DNA from: an uncultured Verrucomicrobiae bacterium
GTDB lineage: Bacteria > Verrucomicrobiota > Verrucomicrobiia > Chthoniobacterales > UBA10450
DNA: 64,000 nt
NCBI GenBank assembly: GCA_963834385.1
Contig: CAWIBO010000002.1
Location: 384,001-448,000, forward strand
Direction: 5' to 3'
Below the pieces are notes generated by a model. The model was not told where the DNA came from, did not search any database, and worked only from the letters and a program-made list of their open reading frames with translations. The position numbers and the translations under genes are program-made. This document shows, in pieces, positions 50,319-60,765 of this stretch (position 1 is its first letter; each line of letters starts with the position of its first letter).

Positions 50319-50993
50319 TCAGGCGGGGGTCGCGGGCGGAACCACCAAACCCTTGAGCTTCAGCCGTCCAAGGATCTCGCCCACAACGCCGTCAATCGTC
50401 AGGTGCGAACTGTCGATGACGTGCGCATCCTCCGCGATGATGAGCGGCGAGGCGCGCCGGGACGAATCCGCCCGGTCGCGCGCGGCAATCTGGTCGACCT
50501 GCCCCTGCGCGGCCCGCCGCTGCATGCGCACATCCGGGGAGGCATCGATGTAAAACTTGTAGGGCGTTTCCGGGAAAACGACCGACCCGATGTCGCGACC
50601 CTCCATGACCACGTTGCGGCCCTCGGCGTAGCGGTGCATTTCGCGCACGAGGAAATCGCGCACCAGCGGCACGCTGCTGACGAGGGAGACATTGTGGTTC
50701 ACCCGGTCCTCGCGCAGGAACGGCTCGGGATCGATCTCGTCGATCAGGATGCGCGATTCGTTCTCGACCAGATCGCAGGTGAGCCGGGTGCGCGCGAGCA
50801 GGGCGGAAATTTCGTCGCTGGAGCCGGGCGCGGCTTTTTGTTCCAGGACATGCCAGGTCACGGCCCGGTACATGGCGCCGGAATTGACATAGGCATAGCC
50901 GAGGCGCCGGGCCAGCTCGCGGGCGACGCTGCTCTTGCCCGAGGCGGCCGGGCCGTCAATGGCGATGACATGGTGACTGCTCACAGGTTGCAA
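50319..50993 (-). CDS. cmk: Cytidylate kinase
   Basis: IAIDGPAASGKS, SGAMYR, EGRDIG. Confidence 0.95.
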   Translation of the reverse strand: MQPVSSHHVIAIDGPAASGKSSVARELARRLGYAYVNSGAMYRAVTWHVLEQKAAPGSSDEISALLARTRLTCDLVENESRILIDEIDPEPFLREDRVNHNVSLVSSVPLVRDFLVREMHRYAEGRNVVMEGRDIGSVVFPETPYKFYIDASPDVRMQRRAAQGQVDQIAARDRADSSRRASPLIIAEDAHVIDSSHLTIDGVVGEILGRLKLKGLVVPPATPA

Positions 50994-51042
50994 AGAGTAG
51001 CCGGGTCCCGCGGCGAGGCCAGCCCGCGCCGCGCCCCTCCTT

Positions 51043-52392
51043 TTAGTCGTCGTCGGGACGCACCGGCGAAAGCGAGCCGATCACCGGGGTGCTGGCAGTG
51101 CGTTTGGGATTCAAAAATTCCTCCATCGTCTCCTGGAACTCCGGGTAGGAAGTTTGAACGCAGTCGACATCCTGCACCACGGTCTCGCCATCGGCGAACA
51201 TTCCGGCGACGGCAAAGGCCATGGCGATGCGGTGATCGCCGAAGCTGGCCACGCGGGCGGCCCGGAGCGCGCCCCGCCCGTGGATCTCGAGGCCGTCGCT
51301 CAGCTCAATGACCTGGGCGCCCATCATGCGAAGGTTGTGGGCGATGGCCGCGATCCGGTCCGTTTCCTTCACCCGAAGTTCCTGGGCCTGGCGGATCACG
51401 GTGGTGCCACTGGCAACCGCCCCGGCCACGGCCAGGATGGGAAGTTCATCCACCAGCTGGGGCACCTCCTTGCCCTGAATGACGGTCCCTTTCAGGGGCG
51501 CACCGGTCACTTCCACGACGCCGACCGGCTCGAACTGATCCACTTCCTCGATGGCCTCGCGGACCTGCGCGCCCATGCGCACGAGCACACCGAGGACGGC
51601 GGTGCGGGTGTCGTTCAGGCCGACATTGCGCACGAGCAGGTGGCCGCCGGGCTGGGCCGCGGCCGCGGCCAGCCAGAACGCGGCGGAAGAGATGTCGCCG
51701 GGGATCGTGAAATCGCGCGACTCCGGGACCTGGTCGCCGAAGACGCTGATGCCGCCGTTGTCATCCTCCACCGTCCGGACGAGAAAATAGCGAAGCATGA
51801 GCTCGGTGTGATTCCGGGTCGCGAGCGGTTCGGTTACGGTGGTCTTGCCCTTGGCGAAAAGACCCGCGAGAAGCAGGGCGCCCTTGACCTGCGCGCTGGC
51901 CACGGGGTTCTGGTAGCTGATGCCGTGGAGCGGAGCGCCCTTGATCCGGAGAGGCGCGCTCCCGTGGGGGCCTTCGGCCACGATGTGGGCGCCCATCTGC
52001 TGCAGGGGGGTGATGATGCGATCCATCGGCCGGTGGGAAAGCGAGGCGTCGCCCACGAGCCGCGACTCGAATTTCTGCCCGGCGAGCAGGCCGGCGAGCA
52101 GACGCATGGTGGTGGCGGAATTGCCGCAATCGATCGGGCCGGCCGGCGCCTTCAGCAGCCGTCGGTTGCCATGGACCACGAGCATGTCCGGCTCGGGTTG
52201 CTCGATGCGGACCCCGAGGGCGCGCATCGCCTGCACCGTATTCATGCAATCTTCGCTCGGGAGAAACCCGCGCAGGACGCAAACGCCATTGGAAAGCGAC
52301 GCGATGATGATGGCGCGGTGGGAGATGCTCTTGTCGCCCGGGACGGTGATTTCCGCGTCGATGCGGGGTGCTCTTTTAACGCGGAATTCCAT
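51043..52392 (-). CDS. aroA: 3-phosphoshikimate 1-carboxyvinyltransferase
   Basis: PGDKSISHR, SAQVK, RNHTE, KETDRI, DHRIAM. Confidence 0.96.
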   Translation of the reverse strand: MEFRVKRAPRIDAEITVPGDKSISHRAIIIASLSNGVCVLRGFLPSEDCMNTVQAMRALGVRIEQPEPDMLVVHGNRRLLKAPAGPIDCGNSATTMRLLAGLLAGQKFESRLVGDASLSHRPMDRIITPLQQMGAHIVAEGPHGSAPLRIKGAPLHGISYQNPVASAQVKGALLLAGLFAKGKTTVTEPLATRNHTELMLRYFLVRTVEDDNGGISVFGDQVPESRDFTIPGDISSAAFWLAAAAAQPGGHLLVRNVGLNDTRTAVLGVLVRMGAQVREAIEEVDQFEPVGVVEVTGAPLKGTVIQGKEVPQLVDELPILAVAGAVASGTTVIRQAQELRVKETDRIAAIAHNLRMMGAQVIELSDGLEIHGRGALRAARVASFGDHRIAMAFAVAGMFADGETVVQDVDCVQTSYPEFQETMEEFLNPKRTASTPVIGSLSPVRPDDD

Positions 52393-52517
52393 GGAAAATC
52401 GCGCCGGCGGTGACGTTTGCCCGACCGGGCGGCGCGCCGCACAGCATCGGATATTGTTCCGGGTTGTCCAGCCTCTCCCGCCGGGAAGCGGGCGGGATCA
52501 GAGTGAAGAAGAACCGA

Positions 52518-52934
52518 TCAGGGAACGAGAAAGATCTTGTTCGTGTAGGGATCTTTAACCTCGGTCCCGGGCGGGAATCCGCGCACGTCGACATAGCCCT
52601 CGTTCGGAGCATACGGGCTGGTGACAAAGCCGGGTTTGCTCGGCACCGGGATGCCATAAGGGAGATCGCCCTTGGTCGCGGCGGTCGGCGCCGCCGTGGG
52701 CGCCGGGGTGGGACTATCCTGCACCAGGGGGTCGGTCGTCGCCGGCGTCGGCTCCGTGGCGGCCGCGGCCGGATCGAAAGGCTGCGGGGCCGGCGGATAC
52801 TGGGTCGTGGTGGTGCGGGTGGTCGAGACCCGGCCCGGTCCGCGCTGCGTGGTCCGCCGCGGCGGCTCATCCAGCTCCACGCACGAAGTGAGGATCAAAG
52901 CGGACAGCAGAGCAAGGATGAGGGACAATTTCAT
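52518..52934 (-). CDS. Lipoprotein with Pro/Thr linker and small C-terminal domain
   Basis: LTSC lipobox; [17 protein letters not shown]...[11 protein letters not shown]. Confidence 0.8.
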   Translation of the reverse strand: MKLSLILALLSALILTSCVELDEPPRRTTQRGPGRVSTTRTTTTQYPPAPQPFDPAAAATEPTPATTDPLVQDSPTPAPTAAPTAATKGDLPYGIPVPSKPGFVTSPYAPNEGYVDVRGFPPGTEVKDPYTNKIFLVP

Positions 52935-53070
52935 AAAAGATAGGGACGGTCTCTCCCCCGTTCTAATTCATGGTGGCAGCGCTGACAATCGTTAAATCCT
53001 CGCGCGACCATCCCGCCGGGGCGCAAGGATACCTGTTTCGCGCGCCCCAGTTTCGATTTATCAATGAACC

Positions 53071-54237
53071 ATGCCCGGCGGCGAGAACGATCATATCCTG
53101 GTGGTGGACGATGACGCCACCAGCCGCCGCCTTTTGCAGCGCATCCTGCGCGAGGCCAAATTTGCCTGCCGCGAATGCGCCGACGGCGGGAAGGTTCTGG
53201 CGGCGGTCCGTGAACATCTGCCTTCGCTCATCCTGCTCGATTTCGAGCTGCCCGGCCTGAACGGCGCGGAGGTTCTGCGCTCCATCCGGCGCGACCCGGA
53301 CCCTTCCGTGGCGCAGCTCCCGGTCATCATGCTGACCGGTCATGGCGGCGAGGAGAGCGAAGTTCTCTGCCTGGAGGCGGGTGCGGACGATTTTGTGACC
53401 AAACCGATCAACGCCGCGGTGCTGCGGGCCCGGATCGAGACCCACCGGCGACTGCGCCTGATGCGGCACCAGTTGCAAACGCAGAACAACGAACTGGAGG
53501 CGTGGCGCCGCAGTCTCGAGGCCGACCTGGCGGCGGCCCGGTTGACCCAGCAGTCGCTCATTCCCCAAAAACCGCCCTCCCTCCGCAATTGGGAGGTGGC
53601 GGCGCTTTACCGGCCGGTCATCCAGGTCGGGGGCGACATTTACGGCTGGCTGCGCCTGACCGACGGTCGCACGCTTTTTTGGATCGCCGATGCCACCGGG
53701 CACGGCGCTTCCGCGGCGCTCCTTACCACCCTGGCCAAGCTCCTTTTTCACCACGGCTCGGTCGAGCACACCCGGCCGGCGCGGATCATGCAGGCGGTCA
53801 ACGCCGATTTCCGCGCGATTTTCGGGGCGCGTTCCTTTATGACCGCGATGTGCGTGGCACTTGATCCCGCGACCGGCGCCGGATCGGTCACGGGCGCGGG
53901 ACATCCCCCCCTGCTCCTGGCGCGGGGGAAAAAGCCGGCGGAAATGATCTATTCGTCGGCCCCGCCCCTGGGCCTGGTGGAAAAGGCGGCGTTCACCGAG
54001 GAGGAATTTTCCCTGGAACCGGGCGACGGTTTCCTGCTCTACACCGACGGTCTTTACGGGACCGACGCGGAGGACCGGCGGCGCCTCGGCCCGGAGCACC
54101 TCGGGGGCCTGCTGGACCAGCCTTTTTCCTCGGCCCAAACCCTCCTCCACCACGTCATGTCGCACACGGGATCGAGCGTCCAGGGAGAGCCGTTGGCCGA
54201 TGACGTGGCCGCGGTGGTGGTGCGCCGAAACGCCTGA
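53071..54237 (+). CDS. Response regulator receiver plus PP2C phosphatase
   Basis: VVDDD, LLD, KP; VGGD, ADATGHG, YTDG, DD. Confidence 0.92.
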   Translation: MPGGENDHILVVDDDATSRRLLQRILREAKFACRECADGGKVLAAVREHLPSLILLDFELPGLNGAEVLRSIRRDPDPSVAQLPVIMLTGHGGEESEVLCLEAGADDFVTKPINAAVLRARIETHRRLRLMRHQLQTQNNELEAWRRSLEADLAAARLTQQSLIPQKPPSLRNWEVAALYRPVIQVGGDIYGWLRLTDGRTLFWIADATGHGASAALLTTLAKLLFHHGSVEHTRPARIMQAVNADFRAIFGARSFMTAMCVALDPATGAGSVTGAGHPPLLLARGKKPAEMIYSSAPPLGLVEKAAFTEEEFSLEPGDGFLLYTDGLYGTDAEDRRRLGPEHLGGLLDQPFSSAQTLLHHVMSHTGSSVQGEPLADDVAAVVVRRNA

Positions 54238-54302
54238 TTTCCCGGGCAGGGCCCGAAAAAATTAGATTGCCCTGCGCTGGCCTTGGGATTAATCACCTGC
54301 CT

Positions 54303-54590
54303 ATGCCGAAATCCACAGCCCAAAAAGCCCCTTCCAAACGCAAGCCGAACGCCGCTTTCATGAAGCCCATGCAGCCGGATGACAAGCTCGCCGCCGTCGT
54401 CGGCAGCAAACCGATACCGCGCTCCGAGATCACCAAGAAAGTCTGGGACTACATCAAGAAGAACGGCCTGCAGGACAAGAAACAGAGAACTCTCATCAAC
54501 GCGGACGACAACATGCGCGCCGTGTTCAATGGCAAGAGCCAGGTCACGATGTTCGAGATGACCAAGCTGGTGAACCAGCACATGAAGTAA
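54303..54590 (+). CDS. SWIB/MDM2 domain protein
   Basis: RSEITKKVWDYIKKNGLQD...INAD...MFEMTKLV. Confidence 0.92.
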   Translation: MPKSTAQKAPSKRKPNAAFMKPMQPDDKLAAVVGSKPIPRSEITKKVWDYIKKNGLQDKKQRTLINADDNMRAVFNGKSQVTMFEMTKLVNQHMK

Positions 54591-54610
54591 CCGGCTCCCC
54601 AAACAAGTTT

Positions 54611-54661
54611 AAAGACCGGTCTCGCCCGTGTGCCCGCGCACGCGTGCGAACCGGTTTTTTT
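54611..54661 (+). terminator. Intrinsic terminator after the SWIB gene
   Basis: ACCGGT-cTCGCcCGTGTGC / GCACGCGtGCGA-ACCGGT stem followed by a T run. Confidence 0.7.
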
Positions 54662-54702
54662 CTGCCCGGTTGCAGTTTTCCCGCCCTCGCCGAAAGTCCG
54701 GG

Positions 54703-55146
54703 GTGAAAACATTGCGTGCCCTTGCCCTTCTCCTGGCGCTCTCCTGTGCCTCCCCCCTCTTCGCCGGCGACTCGGGCTGGATGACCGATTTCGCGAAGGC
54801 CAAAGCCGCCGCCCGCAGCGGTGACAAGCTGATGCTGGTGGACTTTACCGGCTCGGACTGGTGCGGCTGGTGCATCAAACTGAGCAAGGAAGTTTTCTCC
54901 AAAAACGAATTCAAAAAATACGCCGAGCAAAACCTTGTTTTGGTCGAGATCGATTTCCCGCGCCGGAAAACGCAGACGGACGCGGTCAAGGTCCAGAACG
55001 AGAAGCTGGCGGCCGATTACGGCATCGAGGGATTCCCAACCGTCCTGGTGCTGGATGCGGACGGGAAAAAGGTCGGCGAGCTGGGCTACATGGAAGGCGG
55101 CGCCGAAGCCTTCATCGCGGAGCTGGAAAAGATCCGCAAAGGCTAG
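54703..55146 (+). CDS. Exported thioredoxin family protein
   Basis: Signal peptide; FTGSDWCGWC; GFPT. Confidence 0.9.
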   Translation: MKTLRALALLLALSCASPLFAGDSGWMTDFAKAKAAARSGDKLMLVDFTGSDWCGWCIKLSKEVFSKNEFKKYAEQNLVLVEIDFPRRKTQTDAVKVQNEKLAADYGIEGFPTVLVLDADGKKVGELGYMEGGAEAFIAELEKIRKG

Positions 55147-55164
55147 GCACGCGCCGGATGCCGT

Positions 55165-57054
55165 TCAGGGTCGCGGGCTGTTGAAGGCCCGCTGCAGGGC
55201 GTCGGCCAGGTCACCGCGGGTAAACGGCTTCGGCAGGGCGCTGCGAAAACCGAAGGCCAGGAACTCGGAGAGCGCGGCTTCGTCCGAGTAACCGCTGCAG
55301 ATGATCGCAGTCACCTCGGGATCGATGCCGCGGAGACGCTCGATCGTGGCCACGCCCCCCATCCCGCCGCGAATGGTCGCGTCGAGGATGACGGCCTGGA
55401 AGGCTTCGCCCCGCTGGAGGGCGTGCTCGTAACTCTTGATCGCTTCCTGCCCGTCCGGCACCGCCGTCACCTCGTAACCGAGCGTGCTGAGGAGCTGCGA
55501 GGTCAGGTCGCGGATGGCCGGCTCATCGTCCATCACCAGGACGCGATTATTGTTGAGGAAGAAGGTCTTCTCGACGGGCGTGCCCGGGCCGCGTTCGCGG
55601 CGCGCCTCCGTGGCCGGCAGATAAAACGCAAAAACGGCCCCGCGCGAGGCGGAAGATTCCAGGTGCAGCAGGCCGCCATGCTTTTTGATGATGGAATAAC
55701 TGATGGCGAGACCGAGTCCGCTGCCGGTCGGCTTGGTGGTGAAATAGGGATCGAAAATCTTGCTGGCCAGTTCGTCGGGCACACCGGCCCCCCGGTCGCT
55801 CACGGTCACCTTGATGTAGCGCCCGGCCGGGAGCGGCGTCTGCGCATCGTCCTGCGTTTCCACGTTGCGGGCCTGGAGCCGCAGGAGTCCGCCGTGCGGC
55901 ATGGCGTCGCGCGCGTTCATCACAAGCGAGCCCACCACCTGCTCGATCTGGGAGGCGTCCACCTCGGCTTTCCAAAGATCCGCCGGCACCTCGATGTCCG
56001 CGCGCAGGTTTGAACCGTAAAGGGAAAGCTCGGTCGCCCGCTCCAGCAGGCGTCCCAGTTCCACCACCTTCTTGAGCGGGGCGCCCCCCTTCGAAAAGGT
56101 CAGGAGCTGGCTGGAGAGATGGGCCGCGTGCTGGGCCGCCTGGCCGGCCTTGGCCAGGAAGTTGATCAGGTTCGGCGACTCCGCCGGGGCCTCGATCTGC
56201 GCCAGCCCGATGTTGCCGGAAATGACGGTGAGAATGTTGTTCAGGTCGTGCGCGATCCCGCCCGCAAGAGTGCCGAGCGACTCGAGCTTGCTCGTGGTCA
56301 GGCGCTCCTCCTCGTTGCGTTTTCGCTCGGTGATATCGCGGAAGAAAACCGAGACGCCGCCGGCGCTGGGATAGGCATGAACCTCCACCCAGCCCTGCCC
56401 TGTGGGATCGGCCGCCTCGAATTCGAGCGGCTCCTGCTCCGCCATGACCCGGCGATAATTGGCCTCGTAGATGGTGCCCCGGATTTCGGGGAACTCCCGC
56501 CAGAGGGTTCCGCCCAGGAGCGACTCGCGCCGCCGCCGCAGGAGCGATTCGGCGACCGCGTTGAGATAGGTAAACTTCCACTCGTAATCGAGCGCGAAAA
56601 ATCCGTCGGTGGTGTTCTCCAGGACGTTGCGCATCGTCCGCTCGGATTCCTGCAGGGCCGCCCGGGCCTGGTTGCGCTCGAGCAATTCCTTGATCTGTCG
56701 CTCGGCCACGGAAAGACGGACGTTGAGCAGGCCGAGGTCGAGCGGCTTGGTCAGATAATCGTTGGCCCCCGCAGCCAGGGCCGCTTCCAGGTCCGCGGTA
56801 TCGATTCGCGCCGTCACCAGGAGGATGAACATCTCATCCCCGTTCTCCTGCGCGCGCACGGCGCGGCAAAGCTCGACCCCGCTTTTGCCAGGCAGCATCC
56901 AGTCCAGGATCAGGAAGGGGAAGCTCTCCTGGGCCAGGGCCGCCTCGGCTTCCTCGGCCGAGCCCACCCCGAGCACCTCGTGCCCGCGCAGCTCGAGCAG
57001 CCGCCGCAGATTGCGCCGGCTGTCCTGGTGATCTTCAACAAGGAGAATCTTCAT
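55165..57054 (-). CDS. Hybrid sensor kinase (REC-PAS-HisKA-HATPase-REC)
   Basis: GIAHDLNN, FDPYFTTK, GLGL, two receiver domains. Confidence 0.93.
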   Translation of the reverse strand: MKILLVEDHQDSRRNLRRLLELRGHEVLGVGSAEEAEAALAQESFPFLILDWMLPGKSGVELCRAVRAQENGDEMFILLVTARIDTADLEAALAAGANDYLTKPLDLGLLNVRLSVAERQIKELLERNQARAALQESERTMRNVLENTTDGFFALDYEWKFTYLNAVAESLLRRRRESLLGGTLWREFPEIRGTIYEANYRRVMAEQEPLEFEAADPTGQGWVEVHAYPSAGGVSVFFRDITERKRNEEERLTTSKLESLGTLAGGIAHDLNNILTVISGNIGLAQIEAPAESPNLINFLAKAGQAAQHAAHLSSQLLTFSKGGAPLKKVVELGRLLERATELSLYGSNLRADIEVPADLWKAEVDASQIEQVVGSLVMNARDAMPHGGLLRLQARNVETQDDAQTPLPAGRYIKVTVSDRGAGVPDELASKIFDPYFTTKPTGSGLGLAISYSIIKKHGGLLHLESSASRGAVFAFYLPATEARRERGPGTPVEKTFFLNNNRVLVMDDEPAIRDLTSQLLSTLGYEVTAVPDGQEAIKSYEHALQRGEAFQAVILDATIRGGMGGVATIERLRGIDPEVTAIICSGYSDEAALSEFLAFGFRSALPKPFTRGDLADALQRAFNSPRP

Positions 57055-57220
57055 TTTGGGGTGGGAGCGCGCGGGCCGGCCCGGAGGACCCGACCGTGCG
57101 CCCCGTCCCCTAGGGAGCAGAATGACTGCCAGCAGCGGCTTATTTTGCCGTTTTCTGCGGTGAAATTTTCACAGAGCCGCCTATCTTGCGCATGGAAAGC
57201 ACTCTGCTACATAACCCACG

Positions 57221-58075
57221 TTGCGCGCATTTTTCCTCATCCCCACGCTTCTTTTCCTGCTCCCGGTTCTTTCCGTTTCCGCGCAGGTAAGCCCCACGCC
57301 GACCGCGACCCCCTCGCCCAGCGTTGCCGCCCCGGCCGCCCCGGCGGCTCCCACTCCCCGGCTTTACACCTACAATTCGGTCCATGTTGGCGGTCCTTTC
57401 ATCGCCCTCACCTTTGACGACGGACCGCACGCGACCCTGACCCCGAAACTGCTGGACCTGCTGGCGCGGCACAAGGCCAAGGCGACCTTCTTTGTCGTCG
57501 GACAAAACGCCGCGGAATACCCGGCGATCGTGCGCCGCATGGCCCGCGAAGGGCACGAGGTGGCGAACCATTCCTGGTCCCACCCGAATCTGGGCAAGAT
57601 GAGCGATGAGGCGGTGCGCCAGCAGTTGAAAAAAACCGACGACGCCATCAAGGCGGCGACCGGGCTTCGACCCACCCTGATGCGGCCCCCCTACGGCTCG
57701 ATCACGACCCGGCAAAAGCGGTGGTTCCACGAGGAGTTCGGCTACTCCACCATTCTCTGGGATGTCGATCCGCTGGACTGGCGCCGTCCGGGCGCAGGCG
57801 TGGTCACGAGCCGCATCGTCAACGGCACCCGGCAGGGCTCAATCATCCTGGTGCACGACATCCATCCGCCCAGCGTGGAGGCGATGTCGGCGACCCTGAG
57901 CCAGCTCGAGTCCAAGGGATTCAAATTTGTCACCGTCTCGGAACTGCTCGCGATGGAACAACCGGCGCCGCCCAAGGCCGTGCCTGTTTCACCCGTACCC
58001 AAGGCGGAACCGGCCGCAGCCGCCGCCCCCCCGGCACCTCCCCCGTCAGGCCGGGCCTTTAGCAGGGCGACATGA
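57221..58075 (+). CDS. Polysaccharide deacetylase (CE4/NodB)
   Basis: TFDDGP, NHSWSH, RPPYG, LVHD; signal peptide. Confidence 0.93.
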   Translation: MRAFFLIPTLLFLLPVLSVSAQVSPTPTATPSPSVAAPAAPAAPTPRLYTYNSVHVGGPFIALTFDDGPHATLTPKLLDLLARHKAKATFFVVGQNAAEYPAIVRRMAREGHEVANHSWSHPNLGKMSDEAVRQQLKKTDDAIKAATGLRPTLMRPPYGSITTRQKRWFHEEFGYSTILWDVDPLDWRRPGAGVVTSRIVNGTRQGSIILVHDIHPPSVEAMSATLSQLESKGFKFVTVSELLAMEQPAPPKAVPVSPVPKAEPAAAAAPPAPPPSGRAFSRAT

Positions 58076-59805
58076 TTGCCGACCATTATCTCCAGCTCCG
58101 CACCGAGCTGGAGACTGCGCTGGGCAGCCTCCTCCGGCTCGCTTCCGAGCTGCGCCGCGAGTCCGCCACCCTCGACACCGTCCAGGGGCTGCTGACCGAC
58201 GCCCGGGAGCCACTTCTCTTTGTGGTGGTGGGCGAGGTCAAGGCCGGCAAATCGTCGCTCCTGAACGCCCTCTTCGGCCAGGAATTTGCCCGGGCCGATG
58301 TCCTCCCGGCGACCGACCGGGTTTATGTCTTCAAGTATGCCGAGAAATCAAAAACGGTGGAGATCTCGCCCCGGCTGACCGAGCGCTACGAGCCGATCGA
58401 GTTCTTGCGCGACTTCAACATTGTCGATACGCCGGGCACCAACACGATGGTGGCGGAGCACCAGACAATCACGGAGGATTTCGTGCCCCGGGCCGACCTC
58501 GTTCTGTTCGTTTTTTCCGTGACGAATCCCTGGACGCAATCCGCCTGGGAGCTGCTGCGTTTCGTGCAGAAGAAATGGCTCAAGCACATTGTCTTTGTCC
58601 TGCAGCAGGCCGACCTGCGTGACCCGGCCGAGATCACGATCGTGCAGCGGCACCTGCAGGAGACGGCGATGCAGCGCATCGGGTTTACCCCGCCGATCTT
58701 TGCCGTCTCGGCCAAGAAGGCCCTCCTGGCCAAGACCAGCGGGCTGGACAAGGAACGCCTCTGGGAGGAGAGCGGCTTCGCCCCCCTCGAAGCCCAGATC
58801 AATTCCGTGGTGGATTCCGAGGGGGCGCGCATGATGAAGCTGCAGTCCATCGTCGGCTCGGCCCGGGTGATCCTGGGCGAGATGGCGACGGAAGTGCGGG
58901 GTTCCTTTGAATTGATCGAGCGCGACCAGGCCAACCTCGGCCGGATTGAAAGCGTGCTCGAGGGGCGAAAACAGCAGACCCTGCGGCAGGTGGCCGGTTT
59001 CCTGCGCGGGGTGGAGCAAGCCAGCCGTTCCTACGCGAACCAGGCCATGGAACTGCTCGAGGAACGCCTCTCCTTCTGGCGCACCTGGCGCCTCGTCTTC
59101 ACCCGCGGCGACTGGCAGGCGGAATTTCAGCACGACGTCGAGACGCGGCTGAAGGACTCGATCCAGCCGCAGGTGGAGAACGCGGTGCAGCTGCTCGAGA
59201 CGGACCTGCGGGGGCTTTGGCCGCAGTTGCAGGAAATGATCGAGTCGCAGTTCGCCTCCGATGCCCGCAGCAAGGTCCCGCGGACCATTCCGGACTTTGC
59301 CCGGCAACGGCGCGAACTCCTGCAGGCCGTCCAGCTCAGCCTGGTGGAACGCGCCGCGGGCGACCGCGCCAATGAGCAGCTGGCGGAAATGCTGACCGAG
59401 ACCGCGACCTGGCTGCGTGTCCCGGCCGGCGTGGCCGCCGCAGGCGGGCTGGTCGCGGTGGTGACCTGGATGACCAGCGCGGCCGTGGCGGACGTCACGG
59501 GCATCCTTGCCGGTTCAGCCCTGGTTTTCGGCTCCGCCGTGGCCTTCGGCCGCCGGAAAAAGATCCTCACCGCCTACGGAAAACAGCTCGATGAGCGCCG
59601 GGCGCATCTGCTGGAGACGATCGAGGAAAAGCTGAATCATTCGATCGACCTTTTTTACAAGGAGATCCGGACCGCGTTTGAACCGCTGGAGGCGTTTTAC
59701 TTTGCGCAGCGCAAGGCCCTCGAGCCGATCCTGCAGCGCACCACCGAGCTGGAGGAAAAGGTGGGCGACCTCCATCTCCGGCTCGCGCGCGGCGAGACGA
59801 AATAG
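58072..59805 (+). CDS. Dynamin-like GTPase
   Basis: GEVKAGKSSLLNAL, PAT, DTPG, helical C-terminus with hydrophobic hairpin. Confidence 0.88.
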   Translation: MIADHYLQLRTELETALGSLLRLASELRRESATLDTVQGLLTDAREPLLFVVVGEVKAGKSSLLNALFGQEFARADVLPATDRVYVFKYAEKSKTVEISPRLTERYEPIEFLRDFNIVDTPGTNTMVAEHQTITEDFVPRADLVLFVFSVTNPWTQSAWELLRFVQKKWLKHIVFVLQQADLRDPAEITIVQRHLQETAMQRIGFTPPIFAVSAKKALLAKTSGLDKERLWEESGFAPLEAQINSVVDSEGARMMKLQSIVGSARVILGEMATEVRGSFELIERDQANLGRIESVLEGRKQQTLRQVAGFLRGVEQASRSYANQAMELLEERLSFWRTWRLVFTRGDWQAEFQHDVETRLKDSIQPQVENAVQLLETDLRGLWPQLQEMIESQFASDARSKVPRTIPDFARQRRELLQAVQLSLVERAAGDRANEQLAEMLTETATWLRVPAGVAAAGGLVAVVTWMTSAAVADVTGILAGSALVFGSAVAFGRRKKILTAYGKQLDERRAHLLETIEEKLNHSIDLFYKEIRTAFEPLEAFYFAQRKALEPILQRTTELEEKVGDLHLRLARGETK

Positions 59806-59811
59806 GGATCG

Positions 59812-60657
59812 CTATTTGGCGGTCCGGGCGCTCGCCCCCGCCTGCTGCTGCTGCTGTTCTTTCACCAGGCGCGACTCGGCTGCACGGCGGGCGATCACGA
59901 AGTTGTTGTTGTCGCCGAAGTTCCGCCAGGGACCAGGCGGCACATCCCGCACGTTCACAAACTGCCAGTCCGTCACGTCCGTGCTCTGCAACCGGAGGAA
60001 ATCGCGCACCGCAGGCGAAACATCCAGCCCGGCCCCCTTGTTCAGGTTCGGCTTCGGCCGTTCGTTCTGGAAAACGTATTGGAAATGATCGGTGCGGAAC
60101 GGGCCGCAATCCTCCCATTGCGCGTAGCAAACCCGGTTCCCCTTGCGGATGGCCAGCCAGCGCCCTTTGCAGACGGAACGGCCTTCCTGCACGAACTCCT
60201 CCTTAAACCAGGGAATGACCAGCCGCGCCTCGGGCTTGAAACGCCCATGCGAGACGTCGTTGTAGGGCAGGGCCACGTAAAAAGGATTTTGCCGCGGGGT
60301 AAAATTGGCCGGGATGTAGTTGCGGCGCGCTCCCGGGTTCGGATTATCGTAGCCGCCGTAGTTCCCCACCCAGTTGGCGTCCCAGGAACTCTTGGTGTTC
60401 GGCACCGGGTTGTTTTGGGTCGGCAGCTCGCCGATCCAGAAAACGGTTGTGATAATATTTGTTTTCCAGGGGAAACGGGTGGTCGTGGCGCGCGAAGTGG
60501 TCGGGACGAAGACCTGCGGTTCCACCTTCAGCAGGGCCTGTTCGCGCAGTTTCATCGCATACTTTGCGAAATCGGCACTGCTCTCATAAGGCGACTGGGC
60601 GAAGGCCCACGACGCGCTTATGCCCAAGAGCAAACAACTTGCGTAAAATTTCCTCAT
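59812..60657 (-). CDS. Secreted protein, possible DPBB (RlpA-like) fold
   Basis: Signal peptide; EDCGPF...GLDVSPAV resembles RlpA DRGPF...DLS. Confidence 0.65.
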   Translation of the reverse strand: MRKFYASCLLLGISASWAFAQSPYESSADFAKYAMKLREQALLKVEPQVFVPTTSRATTTRFPWKTNIITTVFWIGELPTQNNPVPNTKSSWDANWVGNYGGYDNPNPGARRNYIPANFTPRQNPFYVALPYNDVSHGRFKPEARLVIPWFKEEFVQEGRSVCKGRWLAIRKGNRVCYAQWEDCGPFRTDHFQYVFQNERPKPNLNKGAGLDVSPAVRDFLRLQSTDVTDWQFVNVRDVPPGPWRNFGDNNNFVIARRAAESRLVKEQQQQQAGASARTAK

Positions 60658-60765
60658 GCTGAAAACCCGCAATTCTTACCGGGATTTCCCGCGTCTGGCA
60701 AGAATTTCCCGCCCTTTTTCACCTCTCGGTTCCATGCCCCGGACTATTTAGCAGGGACTGTTCCA

